The notes under the pieces are model-generated. The model did no database searches and was not told where the DNA came from. It saw nothing but the letters and a program-made list of their open reading frames with translations. Shown here one piece after another: positions 6,574-14,319 of a DNA stretch of 28,138 nt. Where the stretch lies: positions 1 to 28,138 of the forward strand of contig DAIETC010000040.1 of NCBI GenBank assembly GCA_027345905.1, read 5' to 3'. The position numbers and the translations under genes are program-made. Within the stretch, counting starts at the first letter, position 1. The number at the start of each line of letters is the position of its first letter. This DNA is from Kineosporiaceae bacterium (GTDB lineage: Bacteria > Actinomycetota > Actinomycetes > Actinomycetales > Angustibacteraceae).

Positions 6574-8259
6574 GTGCCTGTTGCCATACCTGCTCGAACG
6601 AATGCCCCGGTTCTGACTGATCCGGTTGTTGGTGGGGCCTTGGCCGATCCTGTTGAGCCTGAGCCTGAGCTTGAGCCTGCGTCGGAGCCGGAGCCGGACG
6701 CTGGGGACAGTGACAAGGCCCGGCTCGACGCGATGCCGCTCGGTGAGCTTGAGGCTGAGATCGCCACCCTGGCTGCTCACCTTGCGGCGGCTACCTGCCA
6801 GTTCCTCACGTTGCTCGCCGAATTCGACCTGCGGGAAGGGTGGGGCGGGGCGGGGATGCGCTCGTGTGCCCACTGGCTGTCCTGGCGTTGCGGGATGAGC
6901 CTGTCCACCGCCCGTGAGCACCTGCGGGTGGCACATGCGTTGCGGGTGTTGCCAGTCGCGACCGCCGCGTTCGCAGCTGGACGGCTCAGTTATGCCAAAG
7001 CCCGGGCCATCACACGGGTCGCGGCGCCAGACACGGAGTCGGATCTGGTGGGTATCGCCCTGAACTCGCCGGCCGCACAGCTGGATCGGTTGGTGGCTGG
7101 GCTGCGTCGCGCTGAGAGCTCGGCCGAAGAGACGCAGGCGGCGGATCGAGCCCAGCACCAACATCATTGGGACGACGATGGCACCCTCGTGGTCCGGGTG
7201 CGGTTGAGCGCCGAGGACGGCGCCACCTACCTGGCTGCATTGCACGCCACCCGTGAAGCACTGGACGAGCGCAACTCTCCCGCGGGAGAGTCCCTGGACG
7301 AGCGCAACTCTCCCGCGGGAGAGTTGCCGGGCCCAGGGGCGGGGCCGGCGGACGGCGTGGGTCCGGTGGACGGCGTGGCGCCGGTGACGATGGTCGAGGC
7401 GTTCGTCGCTATGGCCGAAACTGCACTTGAGCACCGCCCTGGGCTTGGCCCGTCCGGACGACGCGCGGAGGTCGTCGTCCATGTGGACGTCGATGTGCTG
7501 ACCACACCGGAGACGCAAGATCTGACCACACCGGAGACGCAAGACGCGGGTGCGGAGCAGGCCACGGCTGCCGGTCTGCGCACCTGCCGTGTACAGGACG
7601 GGCCCGGCATCACTGCCCGGGTGGCACGCGAGCTGGCCTGCGACGGTGGTCTGGTTCTCGCCGTCCGCGGCGGCCAGCATCGTGAGGAGAAATGCGGCGG
7701 CCGCCCGGTGTTCGGCCGCCAGGTGTTCGGTGGCCAAGTACTCGGGGGCCAGGTACTCGACATCGGCCGTCGAACGAGGCGTCCGAACGCGGCAATCATG
7801 CGGGCCCTGTGGATCCGCGATCAGGGGTGCGTCCACCCCGGATGCGGGCGCCGGCGGCGGCTGCATGCCCATCACGTCCGGCATTGGGCGCACGGGGGAT
7901 TGACTGCTTTGCACAATCTCGTTCTGCTCTGCGGTTTCCACCATCGAGCAGTGCATCGCGGCGAGATCGCGATCGAGCTGCGGGCCGGACAGGCGCCCAT
8001 GGTCACGTCTGGCGGCGCCCAGCTCGCGCTCGCACCCCCGGCGCAGGGCCGCGCTGAGGCGATCCGCAGCGCCCACGACGCGGTTATCAACGCGGAGACC
8101 ACCACGCCGACGGACTGGCTCGGTGACCCCCTTCGCTTGGGTTACGCGGTCACGGCCATGCTCGATGCCTGGTCGACGCAGAGTCGCCAGCCGGCGCAGT
8201 GGGGGGACAGTCGGCGGGGCTGGTCCCACGTCCAACGTAGGGTCCGCCACCGGGACTGA
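6574..8259 (+). CDS. DUF222 (13E12-repeat-like) protein with C-terminal HNH endonuclease, 561 aa
   Basis: N-terminal EFDLREGW...SCAHWLSWRCGMSLSTAREHLRVAHAL...GRLSYAKARAITRVA; C-terminal DIGRRTR...RDQGCVHPGC...HAHHVRHWAHGGLTALHNLVLLCGFHHRAVH. Confidence 0.92.
   Translation: MPVAIPARTNAPVLTDPVVGGALADPVEPEPELEPASEPEPDAGDSDKARLDAMPLGELEAEIATLAAHLAAATCQFLTLLAEFDLREGWGGAGMRSCAHWLSWRCGMSLSTAREHLRVAHALRVLPVATAAFAAGRLSYAKARAITRVAAPDTESDLVGIALNSPAAQLDRLVAGLRRAESSAEETQAADRAQHQHHWDDDGTLVVRVRLSAEDGATYLAALHATREALDERNSPAGESLDERNSPAGELPGPGAGPADGVGPVDGVAPVTMVEAFVAMAETALEHRPGLGPSGRRAEVVVHVDVDVLTTPETQDLTTPETQDAGAEQATAAGLRTCRVQDGPGITARVARELACDGGLVLAVRGGQHREEKCGGRPVFGRQVFGGQVLGGQVLDIGRRTRRPNAAIMRALWIRDQGCVHPGCGRRRRLHAHHVRHWAHGGLTALHNLVLLCGFHHRAVHRGEIAIELRAGQAPMVTSGGAQLALAPPAQGRAEAIRSAHDAVINAETTTPTDWLGDPLRLGYAVTAMLDAWSTQSRQPAQWGDSRRGWSHVQRRVRHRD
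7261..7326 (+). repeat. 33-bp in-frame tandem duplication (LDERNSPAGES/LDERNSPAGEL), each unit holding a perfect palindrome
   Basis: Units 7261-7293 and 7294-7326; palindromes 7274-7291 (18 bp) and 7304-7327 (24 bp). Confidence 0.95.
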
Positions 8260-8328
8260 ACCACCAGGCCCCGAAGTGAGCGTTGGCAACTGAACCGACC
8301 GGTCAGATCCGTCGGCCAACAGCTCCGG

Positions 8329-9618
8329 TCAGAATGCCCCGGCGTACGCGAGGTATCCGAAGTATTTGCCAGGCGAGGAGGGGCTGGCGGCGAACCCGTA
8401 GGCAGGCGGCTGGGCGGCCGCGTCAGCGAGCAACTTGGCCTTGACCTGCGCGGGAGAGGACCCGCACTGACCGGCGTCGATGCACAGGACGGCGGTACCG
8501 CTCACGTGCGGCGTGGCCATGCTGGTGCCGGAGATGGTCTTGAAGCCACCGCCCTTCCAGGTGGAGTTGATGCACACCCCCGGGGCGGCGATCGTGTGCG
8601 CCTGGTCGGCGGCCTCGACGGCCCAGTTGGAGAAGCTCGCCGGCACGTCGTAACCCTCGCTGGTGCGGCAGGCTGGCGCACCGCCAAGCGCGCCCGGCTT
8701 CCCGTCGCTGTCGGACATGGCCGTGACGGTGAGTACCTCGTCGTACGCGGCCGGGACGAACCCGGCGAGATCCTTGGCGTCGTTGCCTGCGGCCACGACG
8801 TAGGTGGTGCCAGCGGCCACCGATGTGCAGATGGCGGTGTGCAGCGCGTCGTTCGCGGGGTTGTTGCAGTTCGCGTCGCTAGGGCTGTCGGATCCCGCGC
8901 CGCCCAGGCTCATGCTCGCGACCGCGATCCCGGTGGTGGCGGCGTTGCCCCTGACCCAGTCGATGCCGCAGATCACGGACGACCACGAACCAGAGCCACG
9001 GTTGTCCAGCACCCGCACCGAGTAGATCGGCACGCCCGGGGCCACGCCGACGACACCGAGAGCGTCGTTCTTGGCCCCGATGGTGCCGGCGACGTGGGTG
9101 CCGTGGCCGTTACCGTCGTTGTAGCTGGTGCCGGTGGAACAGTTCTTGCCGCCGACGACGTTCAGGTCGGTGTGCGGCCCGGAGCCGGTGTCGATGACGG
9201 CGACCGCAGGCCCGGTGAGCCCGGCAGCGAACGGCTGCGCCTGGTCGGCGTCGATGCGGTCGACGCCTGTGGGCATTGCCTGCGGTGCGCTGGAGCCGCC
9301 GCCCGGCTTGCCGACAGCCTGGACCGGGCGGTCCTGCGAGACGAACGCCACCCGCGGGTCGCCTCGGACCTGATCGAGTCGGCCAGCTGGAACGGTCGCC
9401 GCGTAGCCCCTCAGCACGTGCCGGTAGACGAAGCCCACCGTTGCGCCGTACGAGCGGGAGTGCTCCCGGGCAACCGCGCCGGGGTCGGCAACGGAATCCT
9501 TCAGGACGACGATGTAGTGCCCAGGCGCCTGATCGCTGGCCTGAGCGGGGGCGAGGGTGACAAGGCTGAGCGCAACCGCCGCGAGGAGGGCCAGCATGGC
9601 AACGAGCCGATGAACCAT
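8329..9618 (-). CDS. Secreted S8 subtilisin-family serine peptidase with I9 prodomain, about 429 aa
   Basis: Signal peptide MVHRLVAMLALLAAVALSLVTLAPAQA; prodomain YIVVLKD; triad VAVIDTG / GHGTHVAGTIGA / SGTSMATPHV; GGAGG RBS before ATG 9618. Confidence 0.93.
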   Translation of the reverse strand: MVHRLVAMLALLAAVALSLVTLAPAQASDQAPGHYIVVLKDSVADPGAVAREHSRSYGATVGFVYRHVLRGYAATVPAGRLDQVRGDPRVAFVSQDRPVQAVGKPGGGSSAPQAMPTGVDRIDADQAQPFAAGLTGPAVAVIDTGSGPHTDLNVVGGKNCSTGTSYNDGNGHGTHVAGTIGAKNDALGVVGVAPGVPIYSVRVLDNRGSGSWSSVICGIDWVRGNAATTGIAVASMSLGGAGSDSPSDANCNNPANDALHTAICTSVAAGTTYVVAAGNDAKDLAGFVPAAYDEVLTVTAMSDSDGKPGALGGAPACRTSEGYDVPASFSNWAVEAADQAHTIAAPGVCINSTWKGGGFKTISGTSMATPHVSGTAVLCIDAGQCGSSPAQVKAKLLADAAAQPPAYGFAASPSSPGKYFGYLAYAGAF

Positions 9619-9651
9619 GGGGACCTCCTGAGGGGGACGACGTCCCTCGTC

Positions 9652-9681
9652 AAGGTAAAGGCTGACCCAACAACGGGTCAA
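9652..9681 (-). promoter_or_regulatory. Housekeeping-sigma-type promoter of the subtilase with overlapping inverted repeat
   Basis: Minus strand TTGACC (9681-9676)-N18-TACCTT (9657-9652); TGACCC-N6-GGGTCA at 9663-9680. Confidence 0.5.
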
Positions 9682-9728
9682 TGGGCCGAACGGTCAATCC
9701 GACGGCGGTCCAGACGCGTCGGTGCGAC

Positions 9729-10604
9729 TCAGGGCGCGGTGAGGGCGAGCAGCCGGTCCTCGAGGTGTTCGAAGATGCCGAGGTGGCCCTCGCCGGTGGC
9801 CTCGATGAGGTGGGCGTGGGGGAGGTGGTCGCGCAACCACCGTCCATGGGCGAGCGGGACGAAGCGGTCCTCGGCGCCGTACCACAGCAAGACGGGGCAC
9901 GCGAGGGTCGTGACGTCCACGTCCCACGGGCCCACCCACGAGACGTTGTCCCATCCGGCGCCCATCGCACCCTGGCGCAGCGACTCGCGCATGGACGCGC
10001 TGAAGGCTGCGGCGAGCCGCTCGTCGGCGAGCAGCCGCTGGTCGGTTCGGGACATGTGGTCGGCGAATGCCGCCACGATCTGCGCCGGGGCTAGTTCGAA
10101 GGTCGGGATCAGCGGCTCGAACCCGCTCGCGAAGGCGCGAGCGACGGCGTCCAGGGCGTCGTGGGGGAGCATGGCGTAGGCGGTGCGGTCGTTCTCGTCC
10201 AGCTGGTCGAGCGACCCTGGAACCAGGCCGAACGGGCCTGGAGCGCTTGCGACGCCGACCCGCGGCACGCGATCACCGAGGACCGCTGCGCTGGCCAGGG
10301 CGAACGGGCCCCCACCCGACTGGCCCAGCGTCGCGAACCGGTCACACCCCAGCTGGTCGGCGACGGCCTGCGCGTCGAGCGCGACCGAGTGCAGACTGAA
10401 GGGGGCCGGCGTCGAGCCTCCGTAGCCGGGGCGGTCGAAGCAGACCAACCGGACGCCGTGCTCGCGCGCCCACTGCTCGCCGAAGGTCAGGTCGAGCCGC
10501 GAGCTGGGTGTGCCGTGGAAGTACATGACGACTCGGCCGTCGGGGGCGCCACCGTCGCGGACCCGAAGCACCCGCCCGGCGCGCCGTAGGTCGATCTCGC
10601 CCAT
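9729..10604 (-). CDS. Alpha/beta-fold hydrolase, 291 aa
   Basis: YFHGTPSSR, FDRPGYGGS, nucleophile elbow GQSGGG, WYGAEDRFVP, GEGHL. Start ATG 10604 lies 7 nt after a TACCCT -10 (leaderless); the longer ORF-track start overlaps the upstream SDR. Confidence 0.9.
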   Translation of the reverse strand: MGEIDLRRAGRVLRVRDGGAPDGRVVMYFHGTPSSRLDLTFGEQWAREHGVRLVCFDRPGYGGSTPAPFSLHSVALDAQAVADQLGCDRFATLGQSGGGPFALASAAVLGDRVPRVGVASAPGPFGLVPGSLDQLDENDRTAYAMLPHDALDAVARAFASGFEPLIPTFELAPAQIVAAFADHMSRTDQRLLADERLAAAFSASMRESLRQGAMGAGWDNVSWVGPWDVDVTTLACPVLLWYGAEDRFVPLAHGRWLRDHLPHAHLIEATGEGHLGIFEHLEDRLLALTAP

Positions 10605-10645
10605 GGCCGGGAGGGTACTCGGGCCGAGCCCGCGGCGGCGGAGTG

Positions 10646-11407
10646 CTACAGCTGGACCCCGCGGGTGAGCGCGCCGTCGACGACCAGGTTCGTGCCGGTG
10701 GTGAAGCTGGACGCGGGGCTGGCGAGAAAGACGATCGCTCGTGCCATCTCCTGCGGTGTCCCCATGCGCCCGGTGGGGTTCAACGCCAGCGCGGTCTCGT
10801 ACAGCTCGGGGTTGCCCGTCTTGATCGAGTCCCACACACCGCCCGCGAAGAACGTGTTGCCCGGGGAGACGCTGTTGGCCCGCACGCCCTGGCCTGCCAG
10901 CTGAAACGCCAGCCCCTGCGTGTAGTGCACGAGCGCGGCCTTGAAGGTGCCGTAGGGCCCTGCGGCGAAGTCGATCTCGCGAGCGGAGACGCTGGACACC
11001 GTCACGATCGAGCCGACACCGCTGGCCCGCAGGTGCTCCAGCGCCGCGTCCACCAGCTGCACGGTCCCCATCAGGTCCACGGCGTACGACGTCGCCCAGT
11101 TCTCGGGTGTGTCCTCGATCGCCAGCGCGCTGACGTTGGAGACCACGATGTCGATGCCGCCCAGCCGTTGGGCGCTCGCGTTCACCCACGCACGGATCCC
11201 CGCAGCGTCGGCGACGTCCAGGACGGTGCCGACCGCGGTGGCGCCGTCCGTGCTCAGCTCGGACGTCGTGGCCTCGACCTCGGCGCCGTCGCGGGCGCAG
11301 AAGGCCACGGCGGCACCCTCGGCCAGGAACGTCTCGACGACGGCGCGGCCGATGCCGCGGGTGCCGCCGGTCACCAGGATCCGTCGTCCGGCCAGCTGCA
11401 GGTCCAT
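10646..11407 (-). CDS. SDR-family NAD(P)-dependent oxidoreductase, 253 aa
   Basis: VTGGTRGIG, YGTFK catalytic motif, VRANSVSPG, NLVVDG; GAAAGG RBS. Confidence 0.92.
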   Translation of the reverse strand: MDLQLAGRRILVTGGTRGIGRAVVETFLAEGAAVAFCARDGAEVEATTSELSTDGATAVGTVLDVADAAGIRAWVNASAQRLGGIDIVVSNVSALAIEDTPENWATSYAVDLMGTVQLVDAALEHLRASGVGSIVTVSSVSAREIDFAAGPYGTFKAALVHYTQGLAFQLAGQGVRANSVSPGNTFFAGGVWDSIKTGNPELYETALALNPTGRMGTPQEMARAIVFLASPASSFTTGTNLVVDGALTRGVQL

Positions 11408-11425
11408 CTGATGTGCCTTTCGTGA

Positions 11426-11507
11426 CTCAGTGCGGGGAATGGCTCAGTGCGGGGACTGGCTCAGTGCGGGGACTAGCTCAGTGCGGGGACTAGCTCAGTG
11501 CAGGGAC
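11426..11507. repeat. 17-bp tandem repeat, about 4.8 copies (CTCAGTGCGGGGACTAG consensus)
   Basis: Units start at 11426, 11443, 11460, 11477 and 11494. The last contains the acetamidase stop codon, and the array fills the intergenic gap up to the SDR RBS. Confidence 0.95.
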
Positions 11508-12496
11508 GCCGCGCGGGCGCGCAGGTCGCGGTGCAGACCGTCGAACGCCTCGGCGGGGGGCAGTAGGGACTTGGGGGCCTTGACCACCACGCTGTAGTTG
11601 GCGTCCACGACGTTGGCGATCGGCGCCTTGGTGATCTGGGAGAGCAGCTGGTAGGCGTCCATCGTGTGCAGCCCGTACAGCTGCTCGAACCAGCGCACGA
11701 GCTCGACCTGGCCGATCCGCCAGGCGTCCTCCAGCGGGCGGCTGGACCCGACGGCCATCCAGTGCTCGTCGTCCTCCAGGCGTGGCCACAGGGGGGCGCC
11801 ACCCTTGATCAGCTCCACGATGAGGGTGGTGTTCATGGCCCCTTCGACCGCGGTGCCGCATGCCTCACCCTCGCCCTGGCGGTAGTGACCGTCGCCGATC
11901 GAGAACAGCGCGCCCTCGACGTTGACTCCCAGGTAGCACGTGCTGCCGGCCCGCATCTGCGGGCTGTCCATGTTGCCCCCGAAACGCTCGGGGACCAGGG
12001 CGCTACGCACCTCGTTCCCGGCCGGGGCCACCCCGACGGTGCCGAGCATGGGTTCCAGCGGCAGCTCGATGACGTGCTCGCTGTGCCGCGCGGCGAACGC
12101 GACGGTCCGTCTGGCGCTGTCGACGTCGTAGATCCAGGTCAGGTCGGGCAGCGCCGGCTGCAAGGTGGCGGTGCGGTCGGTGCTGGTCAGGCCGCCGAAG
12201 AACGGGATCGTCGCGGAGGCCCCGAAGTCCCTCGCGGGTTCGACGCTGACGAAGTGCAACGCCAGGGTGTCGCCCGGTTCGGCGCCCACGACGTAGAAGG
12301 GCCCGGTCTGCGGGTTGATGTAGCGCAGGTCGACCTTCTCGCTGGACAGGTCGGCGATGCTGCGCAGCGCGCCGCAGAAGGCGTCCTCGGACCACAGTCG
12401 CAGGGCGGTGCCCGGTTCGACCCGCAGGACCGGGGCGGCGCCTCCGAACGTGTAGGCGAACTGCTCGAAGGTGGGGCTGAACTCCACGACGTCCAT
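11495..12496 (-). CDS. Acetamidase/formamidase family protein, 333 aa
   Basis: NPQTGPFYVVGAEPGDTL, PMLGTVGVAP, GGNMD, GALFSIGDGHYRQGEGEACGTAVE; leaderless (TAGCAT-N7-ATG). Confidence 0.92.
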   Translation of the reverse strand: MDVVEFSPTFEQFAYTFGGAAPVLRVEPGTALRLWSEDAFCGALRSIADLSSEKVDLRYINPQTGPFYVVGAEPGDTLALHFVSVEPARDFGASATIPFFGGLTSTDRTATLQPALPDLTWIYDVDSARRTVAFAARHSEHVIELPLEPMLGTVGVAPAGNEVRSALVPERFGGNMDSPQMRAGSTCYLGVNVEGALFSIGDGHYRQGEGEACGTAVEGAMNTTLIVELIKGGAPLWPRLEDDEHWMAVGSSRPLEDAWRIGQVELVRWFEQLYGLHTMDAYQLLSQITKAPIANVVDANYSVVVKAPKSLLPPAEAFDGLHRDLRARAASLH

Positions 12497-12544
12497 GGCG
12501 GGGATGCTAGGGCCTGCGCGGTCGGCTCGGGAAGGACGGGCCGA

Positions 12545-13108
12545 TCACAGCCCGGGTGCCCCGTACACGGCGAACCACCGGCCCAGATCGGGTTCGACGC
12601 GAAGGTCGCTGCCCAGCGCCGCCTGGGCCTGCAGCTCCAGGGCGTTGTCACGCCGCTGCGCAGCGGTAGGGGCGAACGGGTACCAGGTGCCACGCTTGTA
12701 CAGATAGATTAGGCCGAGGGGTCGGGCGCCGTCGGTGAAGGCCACCGACGTGCACAGCAGGGACGCCCCGAAACCGCCGTCCTGCAGGCTGGAGTTGACC
12801 GCGTGCAGGTCGGTGACCAGGCCTTCGAGGTCGTCTGGCGTGCTCTGGCGAACCAGCCAGGTGAACCCGAAGCTGTCGACCTGCCGGGTGTATTTGCCGG
12901 TGTCCAAGGCGAGCAGCTGGTCGATCTGCTCGCTGAGGTCGGTGAAGGCGCTGCCCTCGGCGGCCTTGAAGCAGACCGCCCCGGTGCCGGTCGGCGCGAA
13001 CGAGGTCGCCGCCTGCAAGGTGACGGCGGCAGCGGGCAGGGCGAAGAGCTGGTCCAGGCTGGGCGGCACCGGTTTCGAGCGGCCCAGCAGCGCGTCCAGG
13101 AACCCCAC
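12545..13108 (-). CDS. PspA-associated protein PspAB, 187 aa
   Basis: MGFLDALLGRSKPVPPSLDQLFALPAAAVTL, DSFGFTW, LIYLYKRGTWYPFAP...RDNALEL; last gene of the pspA-pspAA-htpX cluster. Confidence 0.8.
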   Translation of the reverse strand: MGFLDALLGRSKPVPPSLDQLFALPAAAVTLQAATSFAPTGTGAVCFKAAEGSAFTDLSEQIDQLLALDTGKYTRQVDSFGFTWLVRQSTPDDLEGLVTDLHAVNSSLQDGGFGASLLCTSVAFTDGARPLGLIYLYKRGTWYPFAPTAAQRRDNALELQAQAALGSDLRVEPDLGRWFAVYGAPGL

Positions 13109-13112
13109 CGGC

Positions 13113-14036
13113 TTACGCCGCCTGGCCCAGCTGGCGCGAGATCTGGGCCATCTGGGCCAGGCGCCGCTCCAGGGTGGGATGGGTCGAGAAGATGCTGGAC
13201 AGGCTGAAACCGTTGGCCAGGGCGGGAGTGAAGAAGAACGCGTTGAACGGCTCGGCGTGGCGCAGGTCCTGGGTGGGGATCCGCGACATCTCCCCGTTGA
13301 GCTTGGTCAGGGCCGCCGCGAGCATCGACGGACGTCCGGTCAGGAGGGCGCCAGCCCGGTCGGCCGCCAGCTCGCGGTACCGCGACAGGCCGCGGACCAG
13401 CAGGAACGACAAGGCGTACACGACCGCGGACACTGCCACGACGAGCAGGACGACGTACGCCGTGTTGTCCTGACCACGACCGCGGCGCCCGCCGCCGAAC
13501 CCGCCACCGGACATCCCGGCGTACAGGCCGAAGCGGGTGATCAGGCCGGCCAGCACCCCGAGGAACGAGGCGATCGTCATGACCGCGACGTCCCGGTGGG
13601 CCACGTGGGACAGCTCGTGGGCCAGGACCGCCTCCAGCTCCTCGGCGTCCAGGCGGCGCAGCAGCCCCGTGGTGACGCACACCACCGCCCGGCTGGGGTT
13701 GCGCCCGGTCGCGAAGGCGTTCGGGACGTCGGTGTCGGCCAGCGCCACCGCCGGCTTCGGGACGTCGGCCAGCGCGCAGAGCCGGTCGATCGCCCCGTGC
13801 AGCGCCGGTTGCTCGGCCGCGGTGACGACCCGGCCGCCCATCGCGTACAACGCGATCCGGTCACTGAACCAGTACTGGGCGAACAGGACCGCTGCGGCAA
13901 CGCCGACCGCCAGGAAGGCGCTCTTGATCAGTGCGATGAGCACCGCGACGAAGACGACGTAGAGCAGACCGAGCAGGAAGACGGTCGCCGCCATGCGCAC
14001 CGTCAGGCCGCGGTCGGGGGCGAACCGGCTCCTCAC
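13113..14036 (-). CDS. htpX: HtpX zinc metalloprotease (M48), 307 aa
   Basis: Two N-terminal TM helices, PNAFATGR, AVLAHELSHV (HExxH), SRYRELAADR, FSTHP. Confidence 0.93.
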   Translation of the reverse strand: MRSRFAPDRGLTVRMAATVFLLGLLYVVFVAVLIALIKSAFLAVGVAAAVLFAQYWFSDRIALYAMGGRVVTAAEQPALHGAIDRLCALADVPKPAVALADTDVPNAFATGRNPSRAVVCVTTGLLRRLDAEELEAVLAHELSHVAHRDVAVMTIASFLGVLAGLITRFGLYAGMSGGGFGGGRRGRGQDNTAYVVLLVVAVSAVVYALSFLLVRGLSRYRELAADRAGALLTGRPSMLAAALTKLNGEMSRIPTQDLRHAEPFNAFFFTPALANGFSLSSIFSTHPTLERRLAQMAQISRQLGQAA

Positions 14037-14040
14037 CGGG

Positions 14041-14319
14041 TCATCCTGGGATCAGCCCCTGGTCGCCGAGCAGCTCGTGGATCTGCGCCAGGTCGATGTC
14101 CGCGGCGGGCAGCACGGCCTCGGATGGCACGAGCACGTCGTCCGCCAGCCGCACGCCGAGCTCGCGGGCCCGGTCGAGCAGGCTGGCGAGCGCGGCACGG
14201 AAGGCGGGTTCGTCGTCCGCGGCGATGGCTGCCTCGAGCAGGGTGTCGAGCTGGTTCAGCTCGTCGACCCCGGCGTCGGGGACCTCGAACTGGCCCTCGC
14301 CCATGATCCGGATGATCAC
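14041..14319 (-). CDS. PspA-associated protein PspAA, 92 aa
   Basis: MIIRIMGEGQF, SEAVLP..D, terminal GLIPG; GTG overlaps the pspA stop (GTGA). Confidence 0.82.
   Translation of the reverse strand: MIIRIMGEGQFEVPDAGVDELNQLDTLLEAAIAADDEPAFRAALASLLDRARELGVRLADDVLVPSEAVLPAADIDLAQIHELLGDQGLIPG

Noticed and set aside
6593-6610. LexA (SOS) boxes from TCGAAC half-sites at about 1310, 6260 and 6594
   Set aside because: No GTTCGA half-site at 4-nt spacing.
6526-8319. 597-aa minus-strand ORF
   Set aside because: Antisense shadow of the DUF222-HNH gene with no recognisable motifs; expected in high-GC DNA.
8282-8320. Terminator hairpin between DUF222-HNH and subtilase
   Set aside because: Only short interrupted stems (GTTGGC/GCCAAC, CCGAC/GTCGG sharing a base); too weak to call.
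1265-8328. Prophage, IS element or integrative element
   Set aside because: No integrase, transposase, terminal inverted repeats, target-site duplication or tRNA attachment site found.
8506-10179. 557-aa plus-strand ORF, and similar long ORFs at 12735-14306, 21548-23032 and 23401-24480
   Set aside because: Antisense or off-frame shadows of well-supported genes; Arg/Gly/Ala-rich with no domain signature.
10605-11189. 195-aa N-terminal extension of the alpha/beta hydrolase
   Set aside because: Out-of-frame overlap with the SDR gene; true start at 10604 has a -10 box 7 nt upstream.
11426-11507. CRISPR array
   Set aside because: Repeats are contiguous 17-mers with no unique spacers, and no cas genes are present.
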